Shown: positions 39,701 through 52,070 of the stretch, piece after piece
Position numbering within the stretch: the first letter of the stretch is position 1
Layout: each line of letters begins with the position of its first letter
Position numbers and translations under genes: made by a program
NCBI RefSeq assembly: GCF_964204645.1
Contig: NC_134025.1
Coordinates: 4,402,001-4,466,000 of the forward strand
Origin: Tubulanus polymorphus
Lineage: Eukaryota > Animalia > Nemertea
Length of the DNA: 64,000 nucleotides
Reading direction: 5' to 3'
The notes under the pieces: generated by a model
Told to the model about the DNA's origin: nothing
The model's input: only the letters and a program-made list of their open reading frames with translations
Databases searched by the model: none

Positions 39701-42700
39701 GTATGAGCGCAGTGACTTGTGTGTAATAAGTGCTGCCCTCAGTGTGTGTGTCAACTATCAGCAATCAGCGACACATCTTAGACATACAATTAACATCAAA
39801 CTGTAGCTGGTGCCATCTACATCATACAACAAGAGTTGTACGAGCCATATTTTAAAATGTTGTTTCATCAAGAAATATAAATGGCAAGGAGAGAAATACT
39901 TCTTTGCAGAGAAACATGCCACGTAGCGATATATTTTTGAAATACGGCTTTATGGTCAGAGAGGATTTCAGGTTTTCACACATTTATCTGGTTACATGCA
40001 CATAAACTCTGAGTTAGTCAACAACAATAACCAACCAACTAACATGACTCAAAGTGCAGTAAAAAACAATATAATAATGTATAATGGATGCCCGCCACAG
40101 GAGAGTAGACACAATTTACCAATACGTACTAATTTACCAGTTATACCGACGAAAACAACAATAAAGGGGTACACTACCTTCCCTACCTCCTCAGCAAGGT
40201 CTTCAGCTTGAGCAAGGGGTGGAGACTCAGACTTACGATCAGAGTCTTCATTGTTCGCAGGATGTTGCTGAAAAATCCAAACATGAAATTCATTTGAAAA
40301 GCTGGCAACGTTAAAAGACAAAGAAGGTACCGATACCAGAATTCGTAGGAGAAAGTTATCATCGAATTAGAAAACCATTAGGGAAATGTGGTGGAATTAG
40401 ATACTTCATTCCGATCTAAAATGAAGTGTTATATTTTGTTTTAGAGAGATACAATCTAGTCTTATTTTATCTCATACAACTGCAATGAACTGACCTGAAA
40501 ATAAAGTTTAACTCCTTAACATTGCAGGAAATCACTGCATGGTTTTATTGGAAGCACCTAGTGACACATCGGTTTTTTTTCAGAGAACACTTACCTTCTA
40601 AGAAAGTTATGAAATATCGAATAGAATTCCTTCCATAACTTATGAACAGGCATGTTGCCTATACTAGAATGGTGGTAGCTACATCTACACCTTATTGAAT
40701 AACTATAAAAGCCAATTGTTGGGATAACTCAAATATAAAGAATTATCACGAAATTAGCTAGAACAAAGCCAAAAACTATGATCTTACAAATTTGAAATTC
40801 TATCAAATCAGGGAGGTGCTTGGCCCTCATAGTTAGATATACATTGCAACTCTAGTCTGGCAGTAAAAAGAACATACCGTATTTTGAAGTGGTTTTTTGT
40901 CACATGTATTGACCATACCAGGATAGTCATCAGCAGCACTACTGCTGATACAGGAACAAAGCTTGAAAAACTTCCTCTTGGTCTTCAGTTTGCTCATCAC
41001 CTATGCCACCTGAAGTGAACGCATATATAATCACACTTCTACGAGTATGGCTACCGGGTAAACTTTCAAAACGTACTACAATGCTTTCGGCCGTTGTTAC
41101 TATAGCGCTATCTAACCATTTATCTCTATACGTGACGCATCAAACGCGAATTTGATGACTTCAGACGGGTAAAAACCCTGATGATGTATGCACAGATAAT
41201 TTTTATTCTATCAAGATGTGTCAACTAATAGCTTAATAAAAGACGTCAATACCCAGATATCAAAAATGGTCTAACTTGGTCTAATGGAAAAACTGCAGAA
41301 TCTAAATCATAAAGGTTTTATTATTGTGCGCTTTTGATACATGAAATCACTATTGTATCAGTTCTCAAAGTACAAGAAACCTGATTCATAAACGAGCCTT
41401 AATTCACAGTGTCGCAGATTGTCTACACAGTGAATATTGGACATTTTCGTCGCTATTCAGATTCATAATAAGAATGTAGCAAATCAATGGATGAAATTTT
41501 CTATTACTGCAAATATCTGAATCCTGTCTCATTCTGTAATAGATCAAACAGGAAATTGATGAAACCAGAGGATTTACGAATGAGATTTCGAAAAAAAAAA
41601 CGGAGAGATCTTCATGGAATATAACGCGCTACGGTTGATCTGACAAAGAAAAATGACATCATGATTACATCAGATGTACTGTTTGAGGAACAGGACCTTA
41701 CATGACCTGTAACCATGGTAACTAGGAAGCAGGCGGGTTTATCCGGTGATCGCACACCAACATTAGTAATGTAAAGCAAAGCAATGTTATGATTATAAGC
41801 TTCAAAATACGGACTTGACAACAAATCCATTCGACAAGGAATCCATTCGGATCCTTGTATGCATAATATACAGTATCTGAACAGCATATGGAAATCCATA
41901 CTAGAAGATACACGTATAAAGTCTCAGGACAGCAATGGAATTTGAGAATATTCAATGTTCTAAGCGCGTTAAGATGTTGAAATGAATTGAAGTTGCACAA
42001 TCTTATTATAGATCTTTTAAGAGTGTAGAGAGCCAAAATGAAAAAAACACTACTCTATAATTGCACTTAGTCCTGGGTAAAAGAGAGAGAGGATGTTCAG
42101 CCAAAATCAACGACGGATGTTTGAAAAGACAATTACTAAAATCAATGCAAAGTATAAACTCATTTGAATAAAAGCCATCACAATTCACGAAACTAAAAAC
42201 ATCTTTTTTTTCATTATCGCGTAAAAAAAAATATGAAATGAACAGCTGAATAATTAATAGAGTAGTGGCGACAAAAATCAGAATGCTGATGCCGCGATAT
42301 GGAGCCCCGGGGAAAACAATGCGCAATAACGAGAAAAAATTTCACTTCATGACACACGATATATATCATACTAATAATGGCAGTGTGAATACTTCACAAT
42401 GTACCGACCAAAAAACATAATTGCATATACAGCCACTAGTTAATTCGAGCTGTAGTAATTGACAGCATATAAGTGATGATGTATACCTTACAGTAACATA
42501 TATATGTCCTAAACAAAACTAATACAATAAGTACCGGTACATGACACTAGATGAGACACTCTGAGTCCGTGTTGTGATGATAATTTAGAAAATCCTGCAA
42601 TGATAATGGAAAAAAAAGTCTGAAATGTTTCCTTGAGCTAATTGTTTATTCGACATTTTGACTATATCCTAATAGAGTATTCCTGGGGCCGGTTGCATAG

Positions 42701-45700
42701 TCATGGCTTAGACTTAAGACCAGTCTAAGACCAACTTAGTTCTATAGACAATCTAACAACTTAAGACCAGTCTTAAGTTTTAGGACCACTTTTGGACTTA
42801 AGTCACGACTGTGCAACTGGCCCCTGAAGATGACTATACGAATATAGTCGAAACGTCAAATAAACAATTAGTTCAAGGTAACATTAGCTAGATTTTCTAT
42901 CTTACCAATACAATCTTTTCCAGATCATTCTACTATGATGTCATTTAATGACAAAATGAATAGTGACATGGTGACCAGGTAACTCAGTTGTGTCGAACTG
43001 ATAAACCTTACAAAAAATGAAATGCCAAACATTTATCAACATATCGCATATCTATATACACACCCGATAAAATAAACGTATGTTTTAGCAAAGAGTCACT
43101 AGGTATGTATGTATACCGGTCTAATCATCTCAATAATGTTTCAGCTCAGTAAACAAAATATGATGTCAAAATTAATCATAATTGTTTGAATAGCGTTTCT
43201 TTCTAGACCAGAAATATATGTTAACCCCGTTGATACAGCTTAAAGAGATCAAACGTTCACTGATCAAACAATAGTCTTTACAGTCATCTTAGGATTGCCT
43301 TCCAAACACAACAACGACTTTTAGCTTTCAGACGTTAAACCTGTTTCATAATCAACTTCCTAAATGGTAATCTCTTGTGTTCTTTCAATACGTGTGAACA
43401 TTGCATATAAGAGTGTTCTTCTAAAACATATTTCATGATACATTACAATACATGTATATCGTATAGTGTAGCGAGTCCGAACTCACGCTTTCAGCTCCAT
43501 TTCTACGGAAATATTATCTCAAAATTATGTTACCGTTTACACAAATAGCAACGGCGATGGTAGATACGAATCATGTTGCATTCAAAGAGAATAGCGTGCG
43601 CTGATAAACTCAAAAAAAGATCTTTCCTTTTAAACTCGTGGTAATTTATTCCCCATTGTTTCTTCTTTACATGTATATCCATATAAACTAATTCATACCT
43701 CTGACTTGATTAAAATACTAATTAAATTCAAAACGTCAAAATATAATTTGACTTCAGGAAAAAGTGTTTCATGAAATGCGATTCTCTTTTAGACAGATGA
43801 AACATCGTGATGTGAATTAGCATTTCATTGTAAATTTCCCAGTGGTCGCAATAGCTGATGGAACTCGGTTTATTCATCGATTACTACCTAAATACATACA
43901 AGTATCTTTCAAAGTATATAACGTAGATATCCATATACGTTGTATTCATTTGAAATAGCATCAGATGTACCCAAAGCATAAATTAATGTCCCAATCACAA
44001 CAGCTGTTGAGATGTGTCACATATTCCAGAGAATACATCCAATGCGATACACACAAACACATCTCATTATGTGAATGAACCCTTGACAAAGATAATAATG
44101 TGTTCCGCCACTGTACGAGGGGAAAACTGAAACGGCCAATTAATCAAACGGGAATCATCTACCTGAGCACATCCTGTAGAAACATTCATCAGGGGTGAAT
44201 CCACAAAATTCCCAATATCCACAATATCGCGGCGTTAAAATTCCATGCTCCCCGAGTCTCGAGCCTGGCAATATCGACTGCACAGCTGACCTTCCTGATG
44301 ATATGGGTTTATCCTACTACATTTTATAAGGGGAGGTAGCTTAGCAATGATCAATACCCGTGCGTTGCCTGCGCTCTCACTCTCCGTACGCGTTGCCGTC
44401 GTAGTCTCTGTCTCCGGCTCGCTTATCCACACGAAGAGAACGCAATACACACAAACGGCAAATATCACATGTGAACGGTGAAAATTTATGCAGTCTTCAA
44501 GCCAAATTTTCTGTGGCAGTTGATATAGAAAAATTTAACATTATTCTTTTTTAATCTGGAAATTGACCCTGTTATCTATTTGATGCTATAGGTAGATTTC
44601 ATTTGTTCTTTTTTTGTTTGGTGTCCCTTACAAACGCACCACACTTACCAGGAATGAAACCGGGGGTTTGATTAAGAAATTGGAAATCGGAGTACAGATA
44701 GAGTTGTGTGATAGCGCGCGAGTTTACAGAAGTTTTTGTTTAAATCGAAGTACATAATTGGATATTCCAGTTCGTTCCCTGCAGGTGTGGTGGGTTTGTA
44801 AGAGACACCAAATCAAAAATTGAGAAAATCAAACAAAATCTACCCATCAAATAAATAAGGGTTAATGAGAGTTAAAAGAACCGATCGGAGCAGTGGTATA
44901 CATCTCATACCCGTACTGTATCAACTCAACTCATATATAATATCAACTCAATCTTATCCATTACAAGATGCGAAGAGAGAGGAGAGAGGGGTCAACTGAA
45001 ATGCGGATGATAATTAGATGAAACACCGACGGAGCCACACTTGACACTGATATGATCAGATGTGACAGTAAATCAATCGCTACACTTAACTGTGCCAAAT
45101 GGACCTCGTTAATTGCGATTTGATTCGATTAGGACGAGCTTACAAATCACTTAAAGACTTCAGCAAATGAACCGATCGTGTGCGGTGTGCATCGGGGTCT
45201 GTGGACACCATCAGATTGTCACCTAATGCCGCGTTAAGAACTTTATGGTGTGTAGTGAGATGTCTTCCTGGACCATTACAATGTCCATGTCCTCCCAGAT
45301 AAATACTATATCAATATATAGTGAACTACTATTAGTAAACTCTGATGCGGGTAATTGAATTGAGCTCGTCATGTCTCTCCCATCAGCTATGATCACGCGT
45401 CATCGAGAGATCATTTTTAATGAGAGAATCCGATACACTTACATGAAGACAATCAGGTTGGACACATGAAGATTTCTGTTCTCGAGCGTCATTAGTATTT
45501 CGATAAGGGATAAATGTCGCTTGTTCGATACTATTTGACATTTTACATCACCATCGATCAAAACAAGTCACTGATCGCTCGGTCTCGCGCGCTCAATGGG
45601 TCGAGTAATCAATAAAACAAATTGATGAAATAATTATTCATACCAATCATGCTCAATTACCGGATCTAACACCTGGGAAGAGTTTTTACATTGTTAATCT

Positions 45701-48700
45701 GTCTTCCTCGAGAGTAGTTCGACAACTGAATTTTTCCATGAAAAGATACTTTCGTCAATGATATAAATCTATCGGCTTTGAAGTAGATCGACTCCGAATA
45801 TGCCTTAGAAGTAGATACTAAAAAGGCACACCCTTTAAATAAATGCTACGTTATATCATCACAGAATACCGGTCGACAAAAAAAATGAAGATCAATCATG
45901 AAATTTTTATGAGATCCGATGCATGGTATGTTTTACAATTTATCCACAGGGTACCTACAATAGTTATATCGAGGATACAAGATCATCAGCGGGAGAATAC
46001 TCTACAATACTGCGGCATGTAGCCTGAATCTATGCCAAGGTCAGGGGTCCGACTAAAAGGTGCTGCCACCTCTAACAGTTGACATGAATGGAATGATGGC
46101 GCATTTATATCCAAACTTTTGTTACGTCACATTATTACGCTCAATTCTATAATGAAAACTTCACTCACTGATGATAAATCAAACTGCCGCCTGAATTACC
46201 TCGATCGAACAGTTGTCAAATAGCGCTCTCCATTGAGTTGTGACAGGAATTAAAATATAACCTGCCCTGCTTTAAACACTGCATTCGAAGAACAAGAATA
46301 TCACCTATACATACGCAGCACAACGGGTGGGCTGGTCGTAAACATGCTCGTAAACATGCTTTCTCGGAAGGTGGGGATTAAGAGAATATAAACTTAGAGA
46401 CCAGATGCAGATGACAGGTGACGACTACCAACGATGTACCACTGTTTCATTTCGAAATATCTATTAGAAATTATAATCATAGACAACCGTCTGCCTGATC
46501 TACAGTAAAAATAGGGGGGCCATAGTACCAATATTGATGTTCAATAATATGCCATACTTGTAGAAGTGAATTATATATAAATGCACATCAGATGCATGCG
46601 CTTACCTTCTCAAAACTTACCTCTGCAATGAATATCAGCGTTTTCTGCCTGGGCTTACCTTCTGCAGTCTCATAAACATTTAACATAAACCGTTGTATCA
46701 CTACCTCCACACAATTCATGTAAACATATATATATATTTTCAGACATATTTCGCTCTACTAGATTAGACATTAGTAGCTTTCTGCAATCACCATCTTGAC
46801 GGAAAGATTAAATCTCAAAATGTGAAATCAAATATGTATTTCCATACAAAGATAACACAATATTTTGATCATCAAGTATCTTCATACAATCATTTTCGTT
46901 CTTCACCACATTTCCATTATAGTTTCTGATGTTTTAATAGATATTTTGGAGTGTTGACTTACCTTGGAGATCTTGAAAGTACTGAAGACACTTCCAGTGG
47001 GCTTGGACTTGCTCTTGCTTGGCATTTCGACAGATTTATCCACCGACTTTTCGATCTTACTTTGACTTAACTTTCTCACTGGGAACCATTTCCTACAATT
47101 TTTGATAAAACATATATGAACTGAACAATCGTAACACTTCCCATGTGTAGAATTAAGTCAAGTTTTAAGATACGCAGATAATAATGCAGATCAATCAATG
47201 TTTACCTGAAACTGTGTCTTCGTTTATTACTTGGTGATGATGATGATGAAGCAGTGTTGTTACCGAGGGTGTATGTGGATGTGTTGGGACTATGATCCCC
47301 TCCCGGGTCTGAAAAATAAAATAAAATACATTTAATACAAGTGTCGAACATAGAGGTCTTGTGGGCTGTGTACAGTCTGCCTTATTATATAGAATCCTAT
47401 AAACATCTCTTGCATAATTTATAGGAAAAGGAAAGGTTTTCTACTTGGAAATGCTGTAAAATGCATCTAACCCACCTATGAATTTTCATATGCAATGCCT
47501 CGATTAGATATACACCTTAAAAAATGCCTTTTCAATGATTAAAAATGCCTTTAAATGTGTCACATGACCTTCAACAGTAGGCTTTAGATCCACCCCTGCC
47601 TGTTATTATACCGGTGCCACCCTCTCAGAGTGACATTTCTGAGCTTCTACCATTGTTTGAAGTTAGCCGCGTTTCATCAAGATTTTCAACAAATCCTATA
47701 ACATGATATACCTGCAGTCTCTACATAATCTTGAGACAAGCAAATCTCAGATTAATGAGTTGGCAGGTAGCAGAGATACTGAATGGAACATACAGATCCT
47801 TGTACCAGAGACTAAAAAGCCAAGAGTCAATCTCTAGTTCAGTTTTCAAGAGTTCATCTACCTGAGCAAGGTGGACTAGGATTTGAAATAATCACTATTA
47901 TTCATGTATTCTCTTCAACATTCGATGAAACTCAGAAGACTAGACAACATTTCTGAAGGATCGAGAATTATCAGCTCATAATCGGAATCACTGACAATTA
48001 CATACTTTCATCGTCATCATCATCATACATATACTTAACAACTAAACCTGTATTTTCATCTGAAATATCGTAATCCCAGCAACTAGAACATAACAGACAT
48101 TTCAACAAAGTCATGTTAAAACCAGCTTATGATAGAAATATTACTATACATATACAGCAAATCTGTATGATATCTCTCTATAGTTCAATGTCAAGAGCCG
48201 ATATCAAAAGTTGATAAAGTTATTGAAAGAAAGAATGGCATTTTCATCTCTCCTCATCAAATATAGAGCGATACCAAATATAACCCTAGCACTTTTCATT
48301 TTGGCAGATATGTTTCAACGATTTACTTGCTGTTATTGTATATCTATCTGTATCAATGGATACAAATGGTTCAATCATATATTGACCAACTGATATACTG
48401 GCACTGAGATAAAACCAACATTGACATTGATCCAAAAATAGTTCAATACTTTAACGGCGTCAATAACTGATTGGAATGCATTCAAATTCCAAAGGTGAAC
48501 GTATATACCAACCGCACTGGACTGGTTTCTGATGATTCAAAATCAAAACGGTAACAAAATTGCCTACAAATAATGCTTCAAAATTGACCTAAATTGAAAA
48601 AGGAGTTTGTAGTTTTTATCATTTTTGTCAACCGGTGATAATAAAAGTACGTTCATCTTGAGCCCGGACTGCAGAGACGAGGTGAATATGAATAAATGAT

Positions 48701-50836
48701 TTTGCAGACTGTTTGAGCTCAAATACAAAATCACATAAACACAACAAAAACACCTAAACATATTAAAAAGACAAGATTACTAGAAGTTTCTCTCCTCTGA
48801 ACAATGTTATTACTTTTAGTCGGCTTAATGTCTCGTCTTCAAAAAAAAATTCTGACAGCCATATCAGATTTTCAACCAAAATCAATAATCGATGGCTGAC
48901 TGCATACATCTTCTTCCCCGGTTTTAACAAGAATCATAAGAAAAAAATGCGCCGGGACAGCGCTGCAGTTTGACTGGATCGCTTCGAATCGCCGTATCAA
49001 AGGACAATATATATGTCAACGTTTATTGGAAAGCTAATTAACCCACGACCTCTAATCAGTATTACTAATCTGACAAGCCACTACACGCACATACTTGCCT
49101 GTGAGCCCAATGAGCAAAATGGCAGCCAACTCGATCTTACCAACGCAGGCAGGAAGCTTCAAGCAAGACAGCAAGGAAACCCTTATCCAATTAAGTGACA
49201 ATGCAGGGTTGTCATGGAAACTGATGTCAGCGCCGAGCTGCGGTATGTGTACGTATGTGAGTATTCAGCCGACGTACGTACGTTAGATAGACATCACAGC
49301 TACTGGTGAAACCAGTCAGCCAGCGAAAACCAACCACAACAACATGATCAGCTATGGTTTTAGTGTGTGTAGCTGAAATCGTTTGGTCGGCATTCTAATG
49401 AAGCTGATTAGCAAATAACTCCATCATGTTATTATCGTAAAGAGCTTTACAGAAACAACCCCGACTTCCCCCTCGTTCTCCCTCGCAGCGGAAAATTATC
49501 ACAGGTCATCGGATCAATGAGCAACCGGAAGACAAGCGATTATAGCAGCTATTTATCACTTGAGAAAACTGGTTGATTTTTAAACTTTTCAGATGACTGA
49601 ATTCCCTCGGTCCCAGCTCCACTGCTTTTTTTGTCTTGTTTTTTTTGGGTTAATATTCAACTGTCAGGAATGATCAGAAACTTGGATCCGTCTGGCTTCA
49701 TCATGAATCGCCATTTGATAAAATGAGCAGGAATTAACTTACTGGGAGAACTTAAATCAATACTACATCCATTTTTAATCTTTCAAAAATGATTAATGCT
49801 ATCTCTAAAATCCATAAGTCTAACGAGCATTAAAGCAATTTCAGTCAATTGCAATAATGTCTTCGACACAAGACGCTTCGTCGATGAGTGTCGTAAATCC
49901 GAGAGCCATCTATCAGTTGCAGATAGAACTATTTCGAGCAATTCGTTCCATTGCCTGCTGGTAGATGGCAGGTGATTCTGTTTTACAGTACAGGAGTACA
50001 AGAATGCGAAGTACGGGATTCACTGGGACTCAATGAACCAGTAAAATGTAGGGTAGATTTTGTTTGATGCTGTAAAAACCGTATCAATATTATTTTTATA
50101 CATCGATAACTACTATACGTTATACGACGGGTTCTGTGTTAGTCGATGTGCCCTACATCAGCAATATTGGCGTTTCAAAACACCAATTAAAACTGTGAAA
50201 AAATTGACATTTATTATGTGATTAATCAAATTTCATGACTCTCATTTTCATGACATTTTGATGATGAATTATAATGGCTATTCTGGAGAGTGGATGTACA
50301 CTACGCTGATATTGGGGTTAGACTGCTAGCCAGTAAATTCAATTCAATTGTCGAAATATTCAAATTCGATCTACCTTTAAAGATATAATAATACTTCTAA
50401 TATATATCATATTACTCATGCTATGTTGGCTCTATTATGTTATTCATTATAAGAATATCAAGCAATAATATATATGTTAATAAGGCACCAATAAACTTAC
50501 AATTCTTCTTGTTTCATTTAGGAATTGAATGAGTGAATAATAATTGTGGGATGACACAGGAGGGACTAGTGTCAAATACTTACCATCATTTTCGATACTT
50601 GTCCGTGATCCCGACTGGGAAACACGTAGATTTGGCACATGTTTCAGAGCAGCCATTGGCACAAGTCCTTCACTGGGGCCGCCTCCCTCAACTGAGAACG
50701 TGCGAACTAAACACCATTCACTCGGCTGATTATTTGTATTTTCGATTATTTCGACTTGTTGTCCGCGCTGTAATGATATCTCGTTCGGAGTCTGCGCTGT
50801 ATAATCCTCCGCTGCTATCGTTATTTCATACGACGC
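26560..50836 (-). CDS. TRIO: Trio/Kalirin RhoGEF-kinase, 3' half (SH3, DH2, PH2, SH3, Ig, FN3, Ser/Thr kinase); 5' exons lie beyond the window
   Basis: Exons 50836-50584, 47308-47206, 47092-46963, 40267-40187 (or 40178), 35221-35027, 33806-33601, 33509-33339, 33254-33185, 33100-32918, 32800-32672, 32516-32481, 32368-32207, 32120-31943, 31812-31773, 30274-29839, 29617-29418, 29332-29197, 29108-28905, 28607-28117, 28033-27836, 27749-27611, 27510-27335, 27216-27037, 26958-26823, 26607-26560. Motifs [80 protein letters not shown]. Confidence 0.93.
36288..36612. repeat. Diverged two-copy tandem duplication (about 155-170 bp units)
   Basis: TTTATTGACA...AATACTTC...ATAATGTTA...AATAAGCAAAATGAGTAAAT occurs twice in tandem. 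Confidence 0.75.
39618..39700. repeat. (CAT)n microsatellite, about 27 copies
   Basis: Perfect trinucleotide run. Confidence 0.98.
42624..42885. repeat. Inverted-repeat element (Penelope-like end) interrupted at its centre by the MITE
   Basis: 42624-42680 is an imperfect reverse complement of 42827-42885; the right arm holds CTGAAGA-stem-GAAACGTC. Confidence 0.6.
42686..42823. mobile_element. Harbinger-like MITE (138 bp) with CTG TSD
   Basis: CTG-GGGCCGGTTGCATAGTC ... GACTGTGCAACTGGCCC-CTG; a degenerate, truncated inverted copy lies at about 2657-2775. Confidence 0.8.
44567..44861. mobile_element. piggyBac-like foldback MITE
   Basis: TTGA-CCCT ... AGGG-TTAA ends; about 100-bp imperfect TIRs (TTGGTGTCCCTTACAAAC / GTTTGTAAGAGACACCAA). 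Confidence 0.65.
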
Positions 50837-51810
50837 CTGCAAAAAGAAACCAAATCGGTTCAAACAATTACATTTAGTTTAAACTGTATGAATGGAGACA
50901 TAGCAAAATTCTTCATTTATTCTATCAAATGAAGAATCAACTTTAGAAATAAAAATCTTCAAATTCAGCGCATCGGACCGATAGAAATTAATCAGTTTAC
51001 AGTCTAGTAGTAGTTATTGTATTGTGGTTTACTGGGGCTAAACCTTTTATATATACACATTAAAATACACAGGAGGCTTTCAGATAGGTCTCAGCTCAAC
51101 CACGCCGACCTATGTAATGACTGCTCAGGGAATTCTATAATGTAATGAAACCTCCATTAAATAACACCACGAGATGACAATTAACAATCGCTAGGATAGA
51201 GCATCTGTAACACAATTCTCTATTTATCTGTACATATCAGTCATTTATAAATTCGACCTTTTTGAAACCTGTGACATTTTCACTCATGCGTCATTGCCGT
51301 TTCATTTATATCTTGTTTTGTGAGTTGTTGAAGGCAGTCGATGATGTTAATCAAGCCTGAATTGTGCAACGCAATTCAACAATTGATCGAATCCTTGACA
51401 TAATAAGAAAAAATATCCGAGAGAAATGAAATGGAATCGTCGGGAAAATAATCGAATCAGGTGTCCGACTTGAAAATTGTTGGTCAGCGGGAACGCTTAT
51501 TCTTTGATCGTGACAATTATGTTATCGCAACTTTTCCGAATCACTTCAGTTTCCATGGCTACAGGAAGCAAGTCTATATTATTCTCTCTATCACAACGAA
51601 TTAAATAGTATATCATATAATACACATTCACCAGTTGAAAGAGCTTCACTTCAATTGATGTTTATACGCGCAAATCGACAATCAAAACGTGTGCTTTGAA
51701 TTAATGATCATCATCTCATTAATACAGTAAACCTCATCTTATCGGACATGGCTTTAGACTTTAGACTAACTCAAACAAAAACTCACACTATCAGTGCTGA
51801 GTTATTAATA

Positions 51811-52070
51811 CCCTAAAGCGCTGGAGATCTGAATTTTTTTTAGAAATTCCATCCAAGTAAATTGAATAATGGGCATACTGTTATAGTGCGTCTACACCTC
51901 GACGCGGTGTATTCATAGTAAATAACATTCAAACTGTTTGACAGATGCTGTCATCTTTCATTAGAGATAAAAAGTAATCGGCTATTATATCAATACACCG
52001 CGATGCGGTGTACTAGCTAAGTCCATCACCGATTTATACACCGCACTATGATGTAAACACACTGAAAGGG
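51811..52070. mobile_element. Degenerate piggyBac-like MITE
   Basis: CCCT...AGGG-TTAA ends; internal TACACC...GGTGTA palindromic repeats. Confidence 0.45.

Noticed and set aside
39567-39764. Poly-Met ORF, and poly-Q/S ORFs at 38980-39334
   Set aside because: Translations of (CAT)n and (CAG)n microsatellites within a Trio intron.
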